From positions 78,586 to 142,585 of the forward strand of contig JBGSXL010000013.1 of the NCBI GenBank assembly GCA_041751425.1: a stretch of 64,000 bases of DNA. The letters are read 5' to 3'. Position 1 is the stretch's first letter. The number at the start of each line of letters is the position of its first letter. The notes under the pieces were generated by a model, which made no database searches, had not been told where the DNA came from, and saw nothing but the letters and a program-made list of their open reading frames with translations. Below are positions 9,507 to 19,143 of this stretch, piece after piece. The stretch comes from Pseudohongiellaceae bacterium (lineage in GTDB: Bacteria > Pseudomonadota > Gammaproteobacteria > Pseudomonadales > Pseudohongiellaceae). Made by a program: the position numbers and the translations under genes.

Positions 9507-10006
9507 GGAGGATTACCTTGGAGCAACCGATAGTCGGGCACCATAATATGAATGGAATCATCAACCGGAATGACGGTGGTGGGAACAACCGCATCAGGAC
9601 CAAATGAGAAACAGAAGAAGCCGAACACCATGATGTTGTCCTGATTCACGGCGGCCCACTCAGCGGTGTAATAGGTAGCGGGTGGCAGGTCCGGAATATT
9701 CTGTATAAACACGCGATTGACATCGGGGTTATAACTGAAGCCCACATCAATCGTATCCTTGTCCTCGGCCTTCAAAGTCAGCTTGACGAGGCGCACGTAT
9801 TCTCCAAAACGCAATATCAGATTGTCTGGCGCATCCGGAAGCACTTCATCATGTTGCGGCACTGTGTCATGGGGTATCTCGATAGTGTTGCGCCGACCAT
9901 GCGAATGCTGGGCATACGCACTTTCACACAGCAACAGCAATATGACGGCTGCACGAACAACAGGGGAGGAATGCAAAACTCTCATAAGATATCTCATCAA
10001 ATGCAT
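9503..10006 (-). CDS. CopC-like periplasmic copper-binding domain protein
   Basis: Signal peptide followed by AQHSH. The pattern P..L.LRF.E.V.L..L.L...[14 protein letters not shown] fits the CopC/YobA fold. Its stop overlaps the hydrolase start by 4 nt. The start is taken at internal ATG 10006. Confidence 0.6.
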   Translation of the reverse strand: MHLMRYLMRVLHSSPVVRAAVILLLLCESAYAQHSHGRRNTIEIPHDTVPQHDEVLPDAPDNLILRFGEYVRLVKLTLKAEDKDTIDVGFSYNPDVNRVFIQNIPDLPPATYYTAEWAAVNQDNIMVFGFFCFSFGPDAVVPTTVIPVDDSIHIMVPDYRLLQGNPP

Positions 10007-10324
10007 TGAATCTGGATTACGCTGTTCATAATACGATTCATGGAAGGGTTGTAAAGCGCATTTTTGTGTCTTGGTGTAGCGAAGTGGCCAACTGAGCAAA
10101 TCCGAACGTATTTTTTGGATATTCGGTAAAAATTTCGAAATAACGAACACTTATGAGCAGTGCAATGGTCCATTTACAGAATTCGTCAGCAATATTTTTG
10201 ACTTTTAGCAGACTTGCGCTTATGAACGTGTTCAAATTCACAGGGTTAAATGATTCGCTCATGCCTGCATTAACTCGGCGGTCTGGGAGTCTTTGAGTCG
10301 AAAACAACTATCAGGAGGTGTCCC

Positions 10325-11803
10325 GTGAGGATACTACAAAAATCAAGCTTTTCTATTACTAGTGCCACATGGCTGCAGACAACTGGCAGGGCATCCCTGT
10401 TGGCCGTTTTCATGCTACCTGGTTTCGTTAGTGCTCAGTCTGCAACTCCCAGTGATGTCACTTTCCATAAGGACATCGAGCCAATTATGCAACGCAGTTG
10501 CCAGAGCTGTCACAGACCCGAGGGCGTGGCCCCGATGTCTCTGGTCACTTATGAAGAGACAGCGCCCTATGCTGGCTTGATTGAATACAAAACTGCTCTG
10601 CGCGACCGCGCTGGTGCGATGCCACCATGGTATGTAGAGAAAGACATTGGCATTCAGGATTTCAAATACGACACATCACTATCTGATGCAGAGCTGGCGG
10701 CCATCTCCACTTGGGCTCGCGGTGGTGTTCCTCGCGGCAACCCCGCTGATGCTCCAGCGCCACTCGAGTTCAGTGAGGGTGGTTTCTGGGCTGCAGGTGA
10801 GCCAGATCTGATCATTCGTACAGAAGACATTACAGTACTGGGCGGAGCGCCGGACTGGTGGGGTGATATTCCTCACGTACCAACCGGTATGACCGAAGAT
10901 CGCTATGTAAGGTCTGTTGAAATTCGTGAGATCAATGATGTCGATACCAGCTCCGGTGCCGGCACCGTTGGTGGCCGCAATATTGTTCACCATATGATCT
11001 GGAGTACACAGGTTTTCAATGAGGATGGTACTTCCGATGGTCAGCAGGTTTCCTGGCCGGTGCATGAAATTGCCCGTAACCCGGATATCTTCGATGAAGA
11101 CGGTGGCCGTCTGCTGCGCGCTAACTCGTATCTGGTTTCCAACTCCGTGCACCTACACTCAACCGGTGTAGATACAACGGGTCATCTGGAAATTGGTTTC
11201 CGTTTCCACCCGGTCGGCTATGAGCCCAAGTATCGTCCTGCTCTGATCGGTCTTGGCAATGGCGTTGATATCAGCATCACAGGTCAGAAAGATGGTCAGG
11301 AACTGCATGCTTATGCTGTGCTAGAGCAACACACCAAGATCGTAACCTTCGAGCCACACCTGCACGCCCCCGGTGAGCGTATGTGTCTGGAAGCCATCTG
11401 GGGTTACACCATCGAAACCCTGTCCTGCGTGGGCTACGACCACAACTGGGTGCGTGGCTATACCTATGGTGAAAACTCTGCGCCATTGCTGCCCAAAGGT
11501 ACCGTGTTGCACATTGTTGGTTATTTCAACAACACCAGCACCAACCCCAATGTACCTGACCCTAGAAACTGGCAGGGTTCTGGCAACCGCTCAGTAACCA
11601 ATATGTTCATTGATCTGGGTATGCGTGTCTCATTGAGCGAAGAGCAGTTCCTGGAAGAAATGGAGAATAGACGACAGGTTCTGGGTCTTGGCCCTAACGA
11701 TCACGTCATCGGTTGCCCGCTGTGTCTGGCACCGTTAGTAGCTCCTATTTATCCCGATGAATCTACTACAGAAGTGGCTGTAAGCCAGGCGGAGACGAAT
11801 TAA
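10325..11803 (+). CDS. secreted protein with an N-terminal CxxCH heme-c motif and His-rich copper-monooxygenase-like motifs
   Basis: AGGAGG lies 6 nt upstream of the GTG start, and a signal peptide is present. It has a CQSCH motif (FHKDIEPIMQRSCQSCHRPEG, like the planctomycete cytochrome c domain). The HHM, HLH and HLH..M motifs are reminiscent of Cu type II monooxygenases. Confidence 0.7.
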   Translation: MRILQKSSFSITSATWLQTTGRASLLAVFMLPGFVSAQSATPSDVTFHKDIEPIMQRSCQSCHRPEGVAPMSLVTYEETAPYAGLIEYKTALRDRAGAMPPWYVEKDIGIQDFKYDTSLSDAELAAISTWARGGVPRGNPADAPAPLEFSEGGFWAAGEPDLIIRTEDITVLGGAPDWWGDIPHVPTGMTEDRYVRSVEIREINDVDTSSGAGTVGGRNIVHHMIWSTQVFNEDGTSDGQQVSWPVHEIARNPDIFDEDGGRLLRANSYLVSNSVHLHSTGVDTTGHLEIGFRFHPVGYEPKYRPALIGLGNGVDISITGQKDGQELHAYAVLEQHTKIVTFEPHLHAPGERMCLEAIWGYTIETLSCVGYDHNWVRGYTYGENSAPLLPKGTVLHIVGYFNNTSTNPNVPDPRNWQGSGNRSVTNMFIDLGMRVSLSEEQFLEEMENRRQVLGLGPNDHVIGCPLCLAPLVAPIYPDESTTEVAVSQAETN

Positions 11804-12774
11804 TGTTTGGATTGATCAGCAAGCAGTACAGCGGTGCTGCAGTGATGAAATTGTTGCTAGGTGCGGGCGCTCTGCTGCTGATGACGCAGCAGACGTTTGC
11901 ACAAACGACTTACAGTAAAGGTCAGCACATTGAGCCGGCCTACGAAGGTTGGCAGCAAAATGAAGACGGCACTTATAACTTCCTGTTTGGTTACCACAAT
12001 GAAAATTGGGAAGAGAAACTGGATATCCCGGTGGGCGAGAATAATTTCTTTGCTCCGGGTCTGGAAGATCGTGGTCAGCCTACACATTTTCTGCCGCGTC
12101 GTAACCGTTTCACCTTTAAGGTGCAGGTACCTGCAGACTGGGGTGACAAAGAGCTGGTATGGGAGATCACCTCTAATGGGGTAACCCGTAAAGCTTATGC
12201 CACTCTCGCCAAGGACTATGTCGTCGACAATGTGGTAATTGCCTCTGAGACAGGTTCTCTGGGTGCGGGTACCAGTACGCCTGAGTCACGTGCCAACACT
12301 CCGCCAGTGGTTACTGTGCAGGGCGATCGCGTTGGTGGTGAGGTTGTTCGCAATGTACGTGTTGGTGAAACTCTCACTTTGCATGCACATGTAGCAGACG
12401 ATGGCTTGCCCAAGTCAGGCAATCTCTTTAATTCTAACTTCGTACAAACCCCAGAAACACAGAAGCTGCGCATGCTCCGTCCTCCGTTCAGGATTACCGT
12501 TGGCAAGACCAATGGGCTGTTCCTGTCCTGGAACGTCTATCGCGGCGCAGGTGATGTAACGTTTGATCCACCCCAGGTTAAGCCATGGGAAGATACCCGT
12601 GCGTCAGCCAATTCACCTTGGGGTGCCTTGTGGGTTCCTCCACCGGTACCAGAGGATGGCATGTATGCTGTCAACGTCAGCTTTGACGAGCCGGGAACTT
12701 ATATTCTCTGGGCGCGTGCCGACGATGGTGGCTTGTATCACGATCAGTACGTTACGGTAAATGTAACTCCCTGA
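11803..12774 (+). CDS. secreted hypothetical protein, translationally coupled to the upstream gene
   Basis: The TAATG overlap with the upstream stop and a signal peptide (LLGAGALLLMTQQTFAQ). Confidence 0.7.
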   Translation: MFGLISKQYSGAAVMKLLLGAGALLLMTQQTFAQTTYSKGQHIEPAYEGWQQNEDGTYNFLFGYHNENWEEKLDIPVGENNFFAPGLEDRGQPTHFLPRRNRFTFKVQVPADWGDKELVWEITSNGVTRKAYATLAKDYVVDNVVIASETGSLGAGTSTPESRANTPPVVTVQGDRVGGEVVRNVRVGETLTLHAHVADDGLPKSGNLFNSNFVQTPETQKLRMLRPPFRITVGKTNGLFLSWNVYRGAGDVTFDPPQVKPWEDTRASANSPWGALWVPPPVPEDGMYAVNVSFDEPGTYILWARADDGGLYHDQYVTVNVTP

Positions 12775-12799
12775 TTTTCGGATCAGCATGTGAAATCAA

Positions 12800-12838
12800 A
12801 ACGGAGCCATTGGTTTGTTACCTTGGCTCCGTTTTTTC
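12800..12838 (+). terminator. rho-independent terminator
   Basis: A 10-bp perfect stem (AACGGAGCCA / TGGCTCCGTT) followed by a T-run, 26 nt after the stop at 12774. Confidence 0.8.
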
Positions 12839-12992
12839 GTTTTAGACTCAACATTTAAATGCTGACACTTGCTTCCAGTAGCCTTAAAGTCAATGACTGT
12901 AACGATGGGTAGGCTTGCAATGCGGCAGAATGTACTTTATCGTTTCGATCGGAAATCTCCTCAGACTCATTGAATAAGGCACGCACCTTTCT

Positions 12993-14048
12993 ATGCTTTG
13001 GTTTCATTACGCGAGCAGTTTTCTGGCTATATCGCAGCTGCTCTTTTTGGGTCTGTTTTACCTGCTTTACCATCACAAGCAATTGCTTGGCAGTTTGCTC
13101 GCGCTTTTCAATTTCTGCCTGATCGCTTACATCGTTTCCCGCATGCCGGAAGTCAATGACGATCTCGCCACATTGCGTTTCGTATTGGCCGTGCTGGCAA
13201 TCATGGCACCTTCCGTTTTGTGGGTAATAACTCGTTATCTGTTCGAGGACAACCCACGGGTGCCAGGGATCGTTTGGGTCATCATGGTTAGCTATATTGT
13301 GTTGCGCTCAATTGGCATGATGATCTATCGCACCGATACAGAATTTGACACTATCTGGTACGCCCTGTTTTTCTATATACCGCAACTGATCATGCTTGGT
13401 CTCGCCTTCCATGTGGTTTATATGGCGTGCAAGGGTTTAGGCAGCGATTTGGTAGAACCGCGCAGGCGCCTTCGTGTCCCATTTGCCATTGGCATGGGTT
13501 CTATCGTGGGAGTTATTGTTGGCTCTGGATTTCTGTTGTTGTCCAACCCCGTGCTCGATGGCATCTATTTTTTCATAATCTTCGTATTCACCATGGCAAT
13601 CAACCTGACAACTTTCCGGTTGCACAAGGATTCGCCACAATTGTTGATTGATCTGAACCAGCCGGTTGCAGGAGCGCCAGCGCGCGTTAGTGGGCGGGAT
13701 CCTGATAAGCCATTGGTAGATCGCATTCACAACGCCATGGAAAATGAACGACTGTATGCACAGCCCGGATTAACAATTGGAGACCTGGCAAGCAAGGTTT
13801 CCATGCAGGAATACCGCTTGCGGCGCTTGATCAATCAGAAACTGCACTATCGAAACTTCAATCAGTATCTGAACAAGTATCGAATTGCGGAAGCGGCTCG
13901 TCGACTGCAGGATCCTGCAGAAAGCGGGATGCCCATTTCCAGCATAGCCCTTGATGTAGGCTATGCATCATTGTCTTCGTTCAACAAGGCATTCAAGGAA
14001 TTGCATGGCGTGACACCGACGACATTCCGACAACGCTCACAGTCCTGA
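12993..14048 (+). CDS. AraC-family transcriptional regulator with an N-terminal polytopic membrane domain
   Basis: The C-terminal AraC HTH (IALDVGYASLSSFNKAFKELHGVTPTTFR) is preceded by about 7 hydrophobic helices. Confidence 0.85.
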   Translation: MLWFHYASSFLAISQLLFLGLFYLLYHHKQLLGSLLALFNFCLIAYIVSRMPEVNDDLATLRFVLAVLAIMAPSVLWVITRYLFEDNPRVPGIVWVIMVSYIVLRSIGMMIYRTDTEFDTIWYALFFYIPQLIMLGLAFHVVYMACKGLGSDLVEPRRRLRVPFAIGMGSIVGVIVGSGFLLLSNPVLDGIYFFIIFVFTMAINLTTFRLHKDSPQLLIDLNQPVAGAPARVSGRDPDKPLVDRIHNAMENERLYAQPGLTIGDLASKVSMQEYRLRRLINQKLHYRNFNQYLNKYRIAEAARRLQDPAESGMPISSIALDVGYASLSSFNKAFKELHGVTPTTFRQRSQS

Positions 14049-14105
14049 AGTTAGTAATAAATTCCAGGTTCACCTTTTTGCAACAAGACCACATTGAGAT
14101 TGAAG

Positions 14106-15086
14106 ATGAATGATAGCCCTGCACTCGCCCGTTTCCGTCGCATAGCCTGGATAACCATAGCTGCCGTATATTTTCTGATTCTGGTTGGTGCCAGCGTCAG
14201 GGCCAGTGGTGCAGGGATGGGGTGTCCGGACTGGCCAACCTGCTTCGGAAGGTGGATTCCACCAACCAGCGAGTCGCAATTGCCAGCCAACTATCAGGAA
14301 ATTTATGCTGACAGAGGATATGCAGAAACCCGTTTCAATCCTGTGAAAACATGGATTGAATACACAAATCGATTGGTGGGGGTAACCATCGGTTTTCTGA
14401 TACTGCTGACAGCTATCGCTTCTTGGTCATGTCGTAGACATGACCCCTTGATATTCAGAGCGTCTGTAGCCGCGTTTCTGATGGTGGGGTTTCAGGGTTG
14501 GCTCGGTGCACGAGTAGTAGCATCAAACCTGCAGCCAGGCGTTATCACTGTACATATGCTGATGGCATTGGCAATTGTAGGTGTGTTGTTGTTTGCGCTG
14601 GCAAGAGCTCGGCGTACCCTGGTTTCTGCACGTCGAGTGGACGGCATTGATCCGCGTTTCGAAAAGTGGCTTTATATTGTGCTTGGTTTTACCGTGTTAC
14701 AAGTGGCTATGGGGACTCAGGTAAGGGAGATGATTGATTATCTCAATCACGTGCAGGGAGAAGTGCGCTCGGGTTGGGTTGATGCTTTGCCTTGGTTTTT
14801 CTATATACATCGCAGTTTCTCTGCGGTGGTTCTATTTGCAAACCTATGGTTGCTTTGGCTGGTAGTCGGCACGCTCGGTTGGCAGCACACTCTTAGTCGT
14901 TTCACCGCGGCCATGAATATAGTGATTGTTTTCGCAGTAATTTCCGGTGCCACGTTGGGGCATCTGGGCATGCCGGCTTTTGTTCAACCGACGCACCTGC
15001 TCTCGGCTTCGTTACTGTTTGGCTTGCAATTTCTAATCTGGATGGATTATCGGCATGCTGCCGGACCAACAACAGCCGGCAACTGA
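14106..15086 (+). CDS. ctaA: heme A synthase (COX15/CtaA)
   Basis: GAGMGCPDWPTCFG motif and a polytopic membrane protein with conserved His residues. The ORF track starts at TTG 14094; ATG 14106 is preferred. Confidence 0.8.
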   Translation: MNDSPALARFRRIAWITIAAVYFLILVGASVRASGAGMGCPDWPTCFGRWIPPTSESQLPANYQEIYADRGYAETRFNPVKTWIEYTNRLVGVTIGFLILLTAIASWSCRRHDPLIFRASVAAFLMVGFQGWLGARVVASNLQPGVITVHMLMALAIVGVLLFALARARRTLVSARRVDGIDPRFEKWLYIVLGFTVLQVAMGTQVREMIDYLNHVQGEVRSGWVDALPWFFYIHRSFSAVVLFANLWLLWLVVGTLGWQHTLSRFTAAMNIVIVFAVISGATLGHLGMPAFVQPTHLLSASLLFGLQFLIWMDYRHAAGPTTAGN

Positions 15087-15156
15087 ATCTGACTGTTTTA
15101 CTGCAGATACCGCACTGTGGTCTAGCTGGCGCCTTGCTAAGAATCAGATGTGATTC

Positions 15157-16341
15157 TTAGAAATTGTGTGCCACTAATGGGCTGATTTCCGCGTCGTAAT
15201 CCACCCCGTCCACACCGAAACCAAACAGTTTCAGGAACTCAGCGTTGTAAGATTTGAAATCTGTCAGTTCCAGCAGATTCTCTGTTGTCACCTGAGGCCA
15301 GATTTCCTCGACGGCAGCTTGAATGTCCGGGTCAAGCTCTTTGTCATCCACGCGATAGCGTCCATCACTGTCCAGTCTTGCGCTGGAGCTGCACAGGCAC
15401 TCTACAAACAGCCGATGCAATTGTTCTATGCACCCTTCGTGAACGTCCGCCTCTTTCATGACCTTGAACAGGATAGACAAATAAAGCGGCATCACAGGTA
15501 TGGCCGAACTGGCTTGCGTCACAACTGCTTTCAAAACCGAGACGCGTGCCTGACCTTTAATATCCTGCAATTTTGCGTTGATGGCTTTCGCTGCACGATC
15601 AAGATCTTCTTTCGCCTTCCCGATGGTGGCATGACCGTAAATTGGCCAGGTCAATTTATCGCCCAAATAAGTGTACGCCAGAGTCTGACATTCCGGAGCA
15701 AGCAGATCTGCGTCCTGCAAGGCCTTCATCCAGAGCTCCCAATCTCCACCACCCATAACCTTTACCGTGTTTGCGATTTCTTCATCGCTTGCCGGTTCTA
15801 CGCTGATGTCACTGACCTTCAGCGTATCCGTATTCAGGTTCTTGGCGGTGTATGCCGCACCAATGGGTTTCAACACAGAAGAATAAACCTCACTGGTATC
15901 CGGGTCGGTGCGCCGGGGTGACGCCAGGCTGTAAACCACTAGGTCTACCTTACCCATATTTTTTTTGAGCTCTTCGATAACCTGTTGTTTGCAGGCGTTG
16001 GAAAACGCATCGGCATTTATCGTGTGTGCATACAATTTCGCGTCCTCCGCTGCAGCGTGAAACGCAGCGGTATTGTAATAACCAGCCGATCCTGTTTTGG
16101 TTTCCGTAGGTGGTTTCTCAAAGCAGACCCCCAGCGTTTTCGCTCCGCTGCCAAACGCGGCAGTGATACGGGTCGCGAGGCCATACCCTGTGGAGCACCC
16201 GATTACGAGTACGCTTTTGGGGCCGGCAACCAGTGGGAATTTGGCGCGAGTGTAATTGATCTGTTCTCGCACGTTCACTGCGCAGCCCTGCGGATGAGCG
16301 TTCGTACAAATAAAGCCGCGCACTTTTGCTTTGATAATCAT
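15157..16341 (-). CDS. fabV: enoyl-[acyl-carrier-protein] reductase FabV (trans-2-enoyl-CoA reductase family)
   Basis: Characteristic N-terminus (MIIKAKVRGFICTNAHPQGC), the GCSTGYGLA nucleotide-binding motif and a length of ~394 aa. Confidence 0.9.
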   Translation of the reverse strand: MIIKAKVRGFICTNAHPQGCAVNVREQINYTRAKFPLVAGPKSVLVIGCSTGYGLATRITAAFGSGAKTLGVCFEKPPTETKTGSAGYYNTAAFHAAAEDAKLYAHTINADAFSNACKQQVIEELKKNMGKVDLVVYSLASPRRTDPDTSEVYSSVLKPIGAAYTAKNLNTDTLKVSDISVEPASDEEIANTVKVMGGGDWELWMKALQDADLLAPECQTLAYTYLGDKLTWPIYGHATIGKAKEDLDRAAKAINAKLQDIKGQARVSVLKAVVTQASSAIPVMPLYLSILFKVMKEADVHEGCIEQLHRLFVECLCSSSARLDSDGRYRVDDKELDPDIQAAVEEIWPQVTTENLLELTDFKSYNAEFLKLFGFGVDGVDYDAEISPLVAHNF

Positions 16342-16595
16342 GTACCGTCCTGTGTTGCCTGTTGTTAGTGTTACCGTGGTATTGATACGGTAAAAAAATT
16401 TTTCGATGTCATGCCCGCTGGTCTGCGAGCATACACCATAGTGGGAGTTGTGAGGGCTTCATTATAGTGCGCGTGCAGAGGGCAAGCAAAACCCAACAGA
16501 CCAAATCAGGTATTTTCCATAAAGTTCCGCAACCTGATTGTCCTGAGAACGGGCATGGCTCGAAAACTGGAATGTCCTGATAACCATCCTTGTTA

Positions 16596-18782
16596 TTAAA
16601 AAGTCCCGCGGATCTTTAATGCCAGTTTTACCCCGGTATTGCTGCAGGAATCCTCGATTTCAGCCAGCGTGCCGTTGGCAATAGTGCCTCCGGTGTAGCG
16701 GGAGCGAGTCCGGCAACGCTCCCCCTCCAGCATGTTCATGGCCTCAAAGCGGTACGTAAATCCGGCAAAACCGACTTTTTCGACGAAAACAGACAGGTTG
16801 TCGCCCTGTGCATAGTCCTCGATCTTGTCGATATCATAGAGTTTGCGATTGCCCTGCAGGCTGTGACCAAAGTTGAAGCCATAGTTAAGACTAAGATTGG
16901 GTATGTCATGACGCATACCGACGCGATAGCTGCCACGTCCGGCCTGACGCAGGCGGCGATCTATGCCAAGGAAAGGATCTGTCACACTGGAATCTTCCAG
17001 TTGCAGGCCTAAAGTGACCAGCACCTCTGGCAGATTAATGAAACCCATGCGCAGGCTGGCATCCAGTGCCAGCCCATAACGTTCGCCATCGCCGATATTG
17101 CCATTGGCGGATTGGATTGAAGTGCCTGTAGATACATCCACGCGATCGATCACATCTTCCAGATCGTGATAATAAATGCGTGAGTTCAGTACACCGGCAT
17201 CCTGTGGCAGGCGCAACTCCAGGTTAGCCTCGTAACGCCAGGACTGTTCCTGACGCAGATCGGGGTTACCGGCCATCGCATTCTGATCGTCATCGCCTGC
17301 GCTGGAGCTGGCGGTGAAATCCGCAAAACTCAGTTGTGAAACATCCTTCTCGATGACTGCTCGAAACTGCAGGGCAGGGGTGATATTGAAACGGTAATCC
17401 AGTTTCGGGCGCACAAAATCGAAGTCGCGTTTATTGCTGACATCACCGCTTTGCTCGATGGTGGATTGCTCGAATAAAAGCGTGCTTTCCAATGTCATGC
17501 GTGGATTGATTTGCCAGTTATGCACGGCGAAGGCTTCATAGCGAATCTCTTCAACAGTGGCATTTGTATTGGTGATCGGCGTTAAACCACCGAACTGATT
17601 GGAAGTCGGGCCAGCGGCCGTCAGCACCCCTAATTTCAATTGAGCGTCGAGAATGGTTTGGGCGCGCTCGATACCAATTTCCATGTCCTGACTGTCTGCC
17701 AGACTGAAATTATAGGAAGTTCTGGCAATGCGTTCGCGGTTGCGCGAAGTATTGTCCAGAAACAATTGTTTCGTGCGCGCTCCGCCAGCGACACCAAAGG
17801 CTTCCCGCGTAGAGGCGTTGTCTGCTTGGTTAACAATAAGCAGGAACTTATACATGCTGCCGTTGAGGAAGATGTGTTCATAGTCGCCGCCAATTTCCCA
17901 GTTCTCGCTGCTGCCTGGAATTTCATCGTATTCAACGCTGACTACTGCCGGTGTGGTGTTCAGGTTGGTAATGATGCGATCAGCAGTGCCATCCGGGTCC
18001 TGCGTAGAATAAAGCGCGTTGAATTGAATGCGATCACTGGGCGTAAGGTTGTAACCCAGATTCGTGTTCAGAGTGTTGGCAGCCTGCTCACGGTATTCCT
18101 GGCGAACTACAGTATCATTGGGCGAAAAATCACCATTGATACTGGTTTCGAAACCGTCGCGGAATTCATAACGAGGCTCGGACTGAGCACTGAACAGATA
18201 ATTGAAATCACCTGATTGTCCGCTATAGGAAATTGCTCCTCCTGGCTGCACAGTCCCGTCGTGATAACGGTCAGTATTGACCTCCACTGAGGTGGTCGAG
18301 CGTGACTGCGAATCCAGTAGAACGATATTGATTATCTGCCCACCACCTCGTACAGCAAGGTCCCCGGAAGTGCCGCGAATGATTTCGATATACTGTACCT
18401 GATTGGCAGGAATACGACTAAGCTGGCTACTGCCCTCATTTTCCTTCCCTGCCATGCGGCGGCCATTGATCAGAATCTGATCGCCACCCGAACCCAGACC
18501 ACGCCTTTCATTGTTGTTGCCACCGCCACCGCCACCACTTCCGCCTCCGCCTCCGCCACCACCACTATTGAGAGCCAGCGAGATACCAGGTATGCGGTTG
18601 AGCATGTCATTGACTGAAAAAGGTTCGTACTGAGCAAAGAACTCTGCTGGGTAAGTGACAGTGGATTGATCATCTACAGCAGGCTGTGCGAAAACTGGTA
18701 TGGCGAGCAGAGCAAAGGTGGCAGCTACTCCGCAGTCCCTCATTGACTGGCGCAAAGCCGCAGATTTCTTGCGATAAAACAT
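16596..18782 (-). CDS. TonB-dependent outer-membrane receptor
   Basis: Signal peptide from ATG 18782 (MFYRKKSAALRQ..AIPVFAQ), a plug region, and a beta-barrel ending in a terminal aromatic residue (ALKIRGTF). The 98-aa N-terminal extension in the ORF track is read-through of a GC-rich leader. Confidence 0.9.
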   Translation of the reverse strand: MFYRKKSAALRQSMRDCGVAATFALLAIPVFAQPAVDDQSTVTYPAEFFAQYEPFSVNDMLNRIPGISLALNSGGGGGGGGSGGGGGGNNNERRGLGSGGDQILINGRRMAGKENEGSSQLSRIPANQVQYIEIIRGTSGDLAVRGGGQIINIVLLDSQSRSTTSVEVNTDRYHDGTVQPGGAISYSGQSGDFNYLFSAQSEPRYEFRDGFETSINGDFSPNDTVVRQEYREQAANTLNTNLGYNLTPSDRIQFNALYSTQDPDGTADRIITNLNTTPAVVSVEYDEIPGSSENWEIGGDYEHIFLNGSMYKFLLIVNQADNASTREAFGVAGGARTKQLFLDNTSRNRERIARTSYNFSLADSQDMEIGIERAQTILDAQLKLGVLTAAGPTSNQFGGLTPITNTNATVEEIRYEAFAVHNWQINPRMTLESTLLFEQSTIEQSGDVSNKRDFDFVRPKLDYRFNITPALQFRAVIEKDVSQLSFADFTASSSAGDDDQNAMAGNPDLRQEQSWRYEANLELRLPQDAGVLNSRIYYHDLEDVIDRVDVSTGTSIQSANGNIGDGERYGLALDASLRMGFINLPEVLVTLGLQLEDSSVTDPFLGIDRRLRQAGRGSYRVGMRHDIPNLSLNYGFNFGHSLQGNRKLYDIDKIEDYAQGDNLSVFVEKVGFAGFTYRFEAMNMLEGERCRTRSRYTGGTIANGTLAEIEDSCSNTGVKLALKIRGTF

Positions 18783-18949
18783 ACATTCTCTCCCGGGTCC
18801 TGTTGTGTCCAGTTGGCTCTGTCCATGGTCTGGCAGTCGCAGATATTGTTGTTTGTGGCGTTCCTTCAGCCAGAAACCTGGCCGCGAGTATGCACAGAAT
18901 CGCGTTTCAGCTGAATCGAATTTTGGCGGCAGAATGTAATTTTTTGTGA

Positions 18950-19100
18950 TTGCACGCTGCGTTGTACTCCGTAGTTCGAGCGGCGCTGTGGGTGGCCGCG
19001 CGCAGGACACGCCGTGAACCCATCCATGGGGGCTCGTCTCGCGCCGTCCAGGCGCTCCACGGTCCTGCGGGGGCATTACCTCACCACCGCTCTGGCTTCT
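18950..19100 (-). promoter_or_regulatory. GC-rich structured 5' leader upstream of the TonB-dependent receptor (possible riboswitch, class unassigned)
   Basis: Nested complementary segments were read by eye: CGCAGGAC/GUCCUGCG, CCGUG/CACGG, GCGCC/GGCGC and CCACC..GC/GC..GGUGG. Partial resemblance to a cobalamin-riboswitch core (GAAGCC..GGUG..CCCCCGC). Not verified. Confidence 0.3.
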
Positions 19101-19143
19101 GTGCGTAATTCTGCGGGTGGGTTTTGTGCTGAGCTGCGTCCGG

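Noticed and set aside
15137-15160. A perfect 10-bp hairpin (CTAAGAATCA GATG TGATTCTTAG) overlapping the fabV stop, considered as a terminator.
   Set aside because: There is no U-run after the hairpin on either strand, so it is not called an intrinsic terminator.
16371-16393. Hairpin TTACCGT-N9-ACGGTAA followed by A7T5, upstream of fabV, considered as a terminator for the receptor gene.
   Set aside because: On the receptor (minus) strand the T-run precedes rather than follows the stem, and on the plus strand no gene ends here.
18783-19076. A 98-aa N-terminal extension of the TonB-dependent receptor ORF (MPPQDRGAPGRRETSPHGW...).
   Set aside because: It is Pro/Arg/Gly-rich read-through of a GC-rich non-coding region. 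A proper signal peptide begins at ATG 18782, so the extension is treated as leader RNA, not protein.
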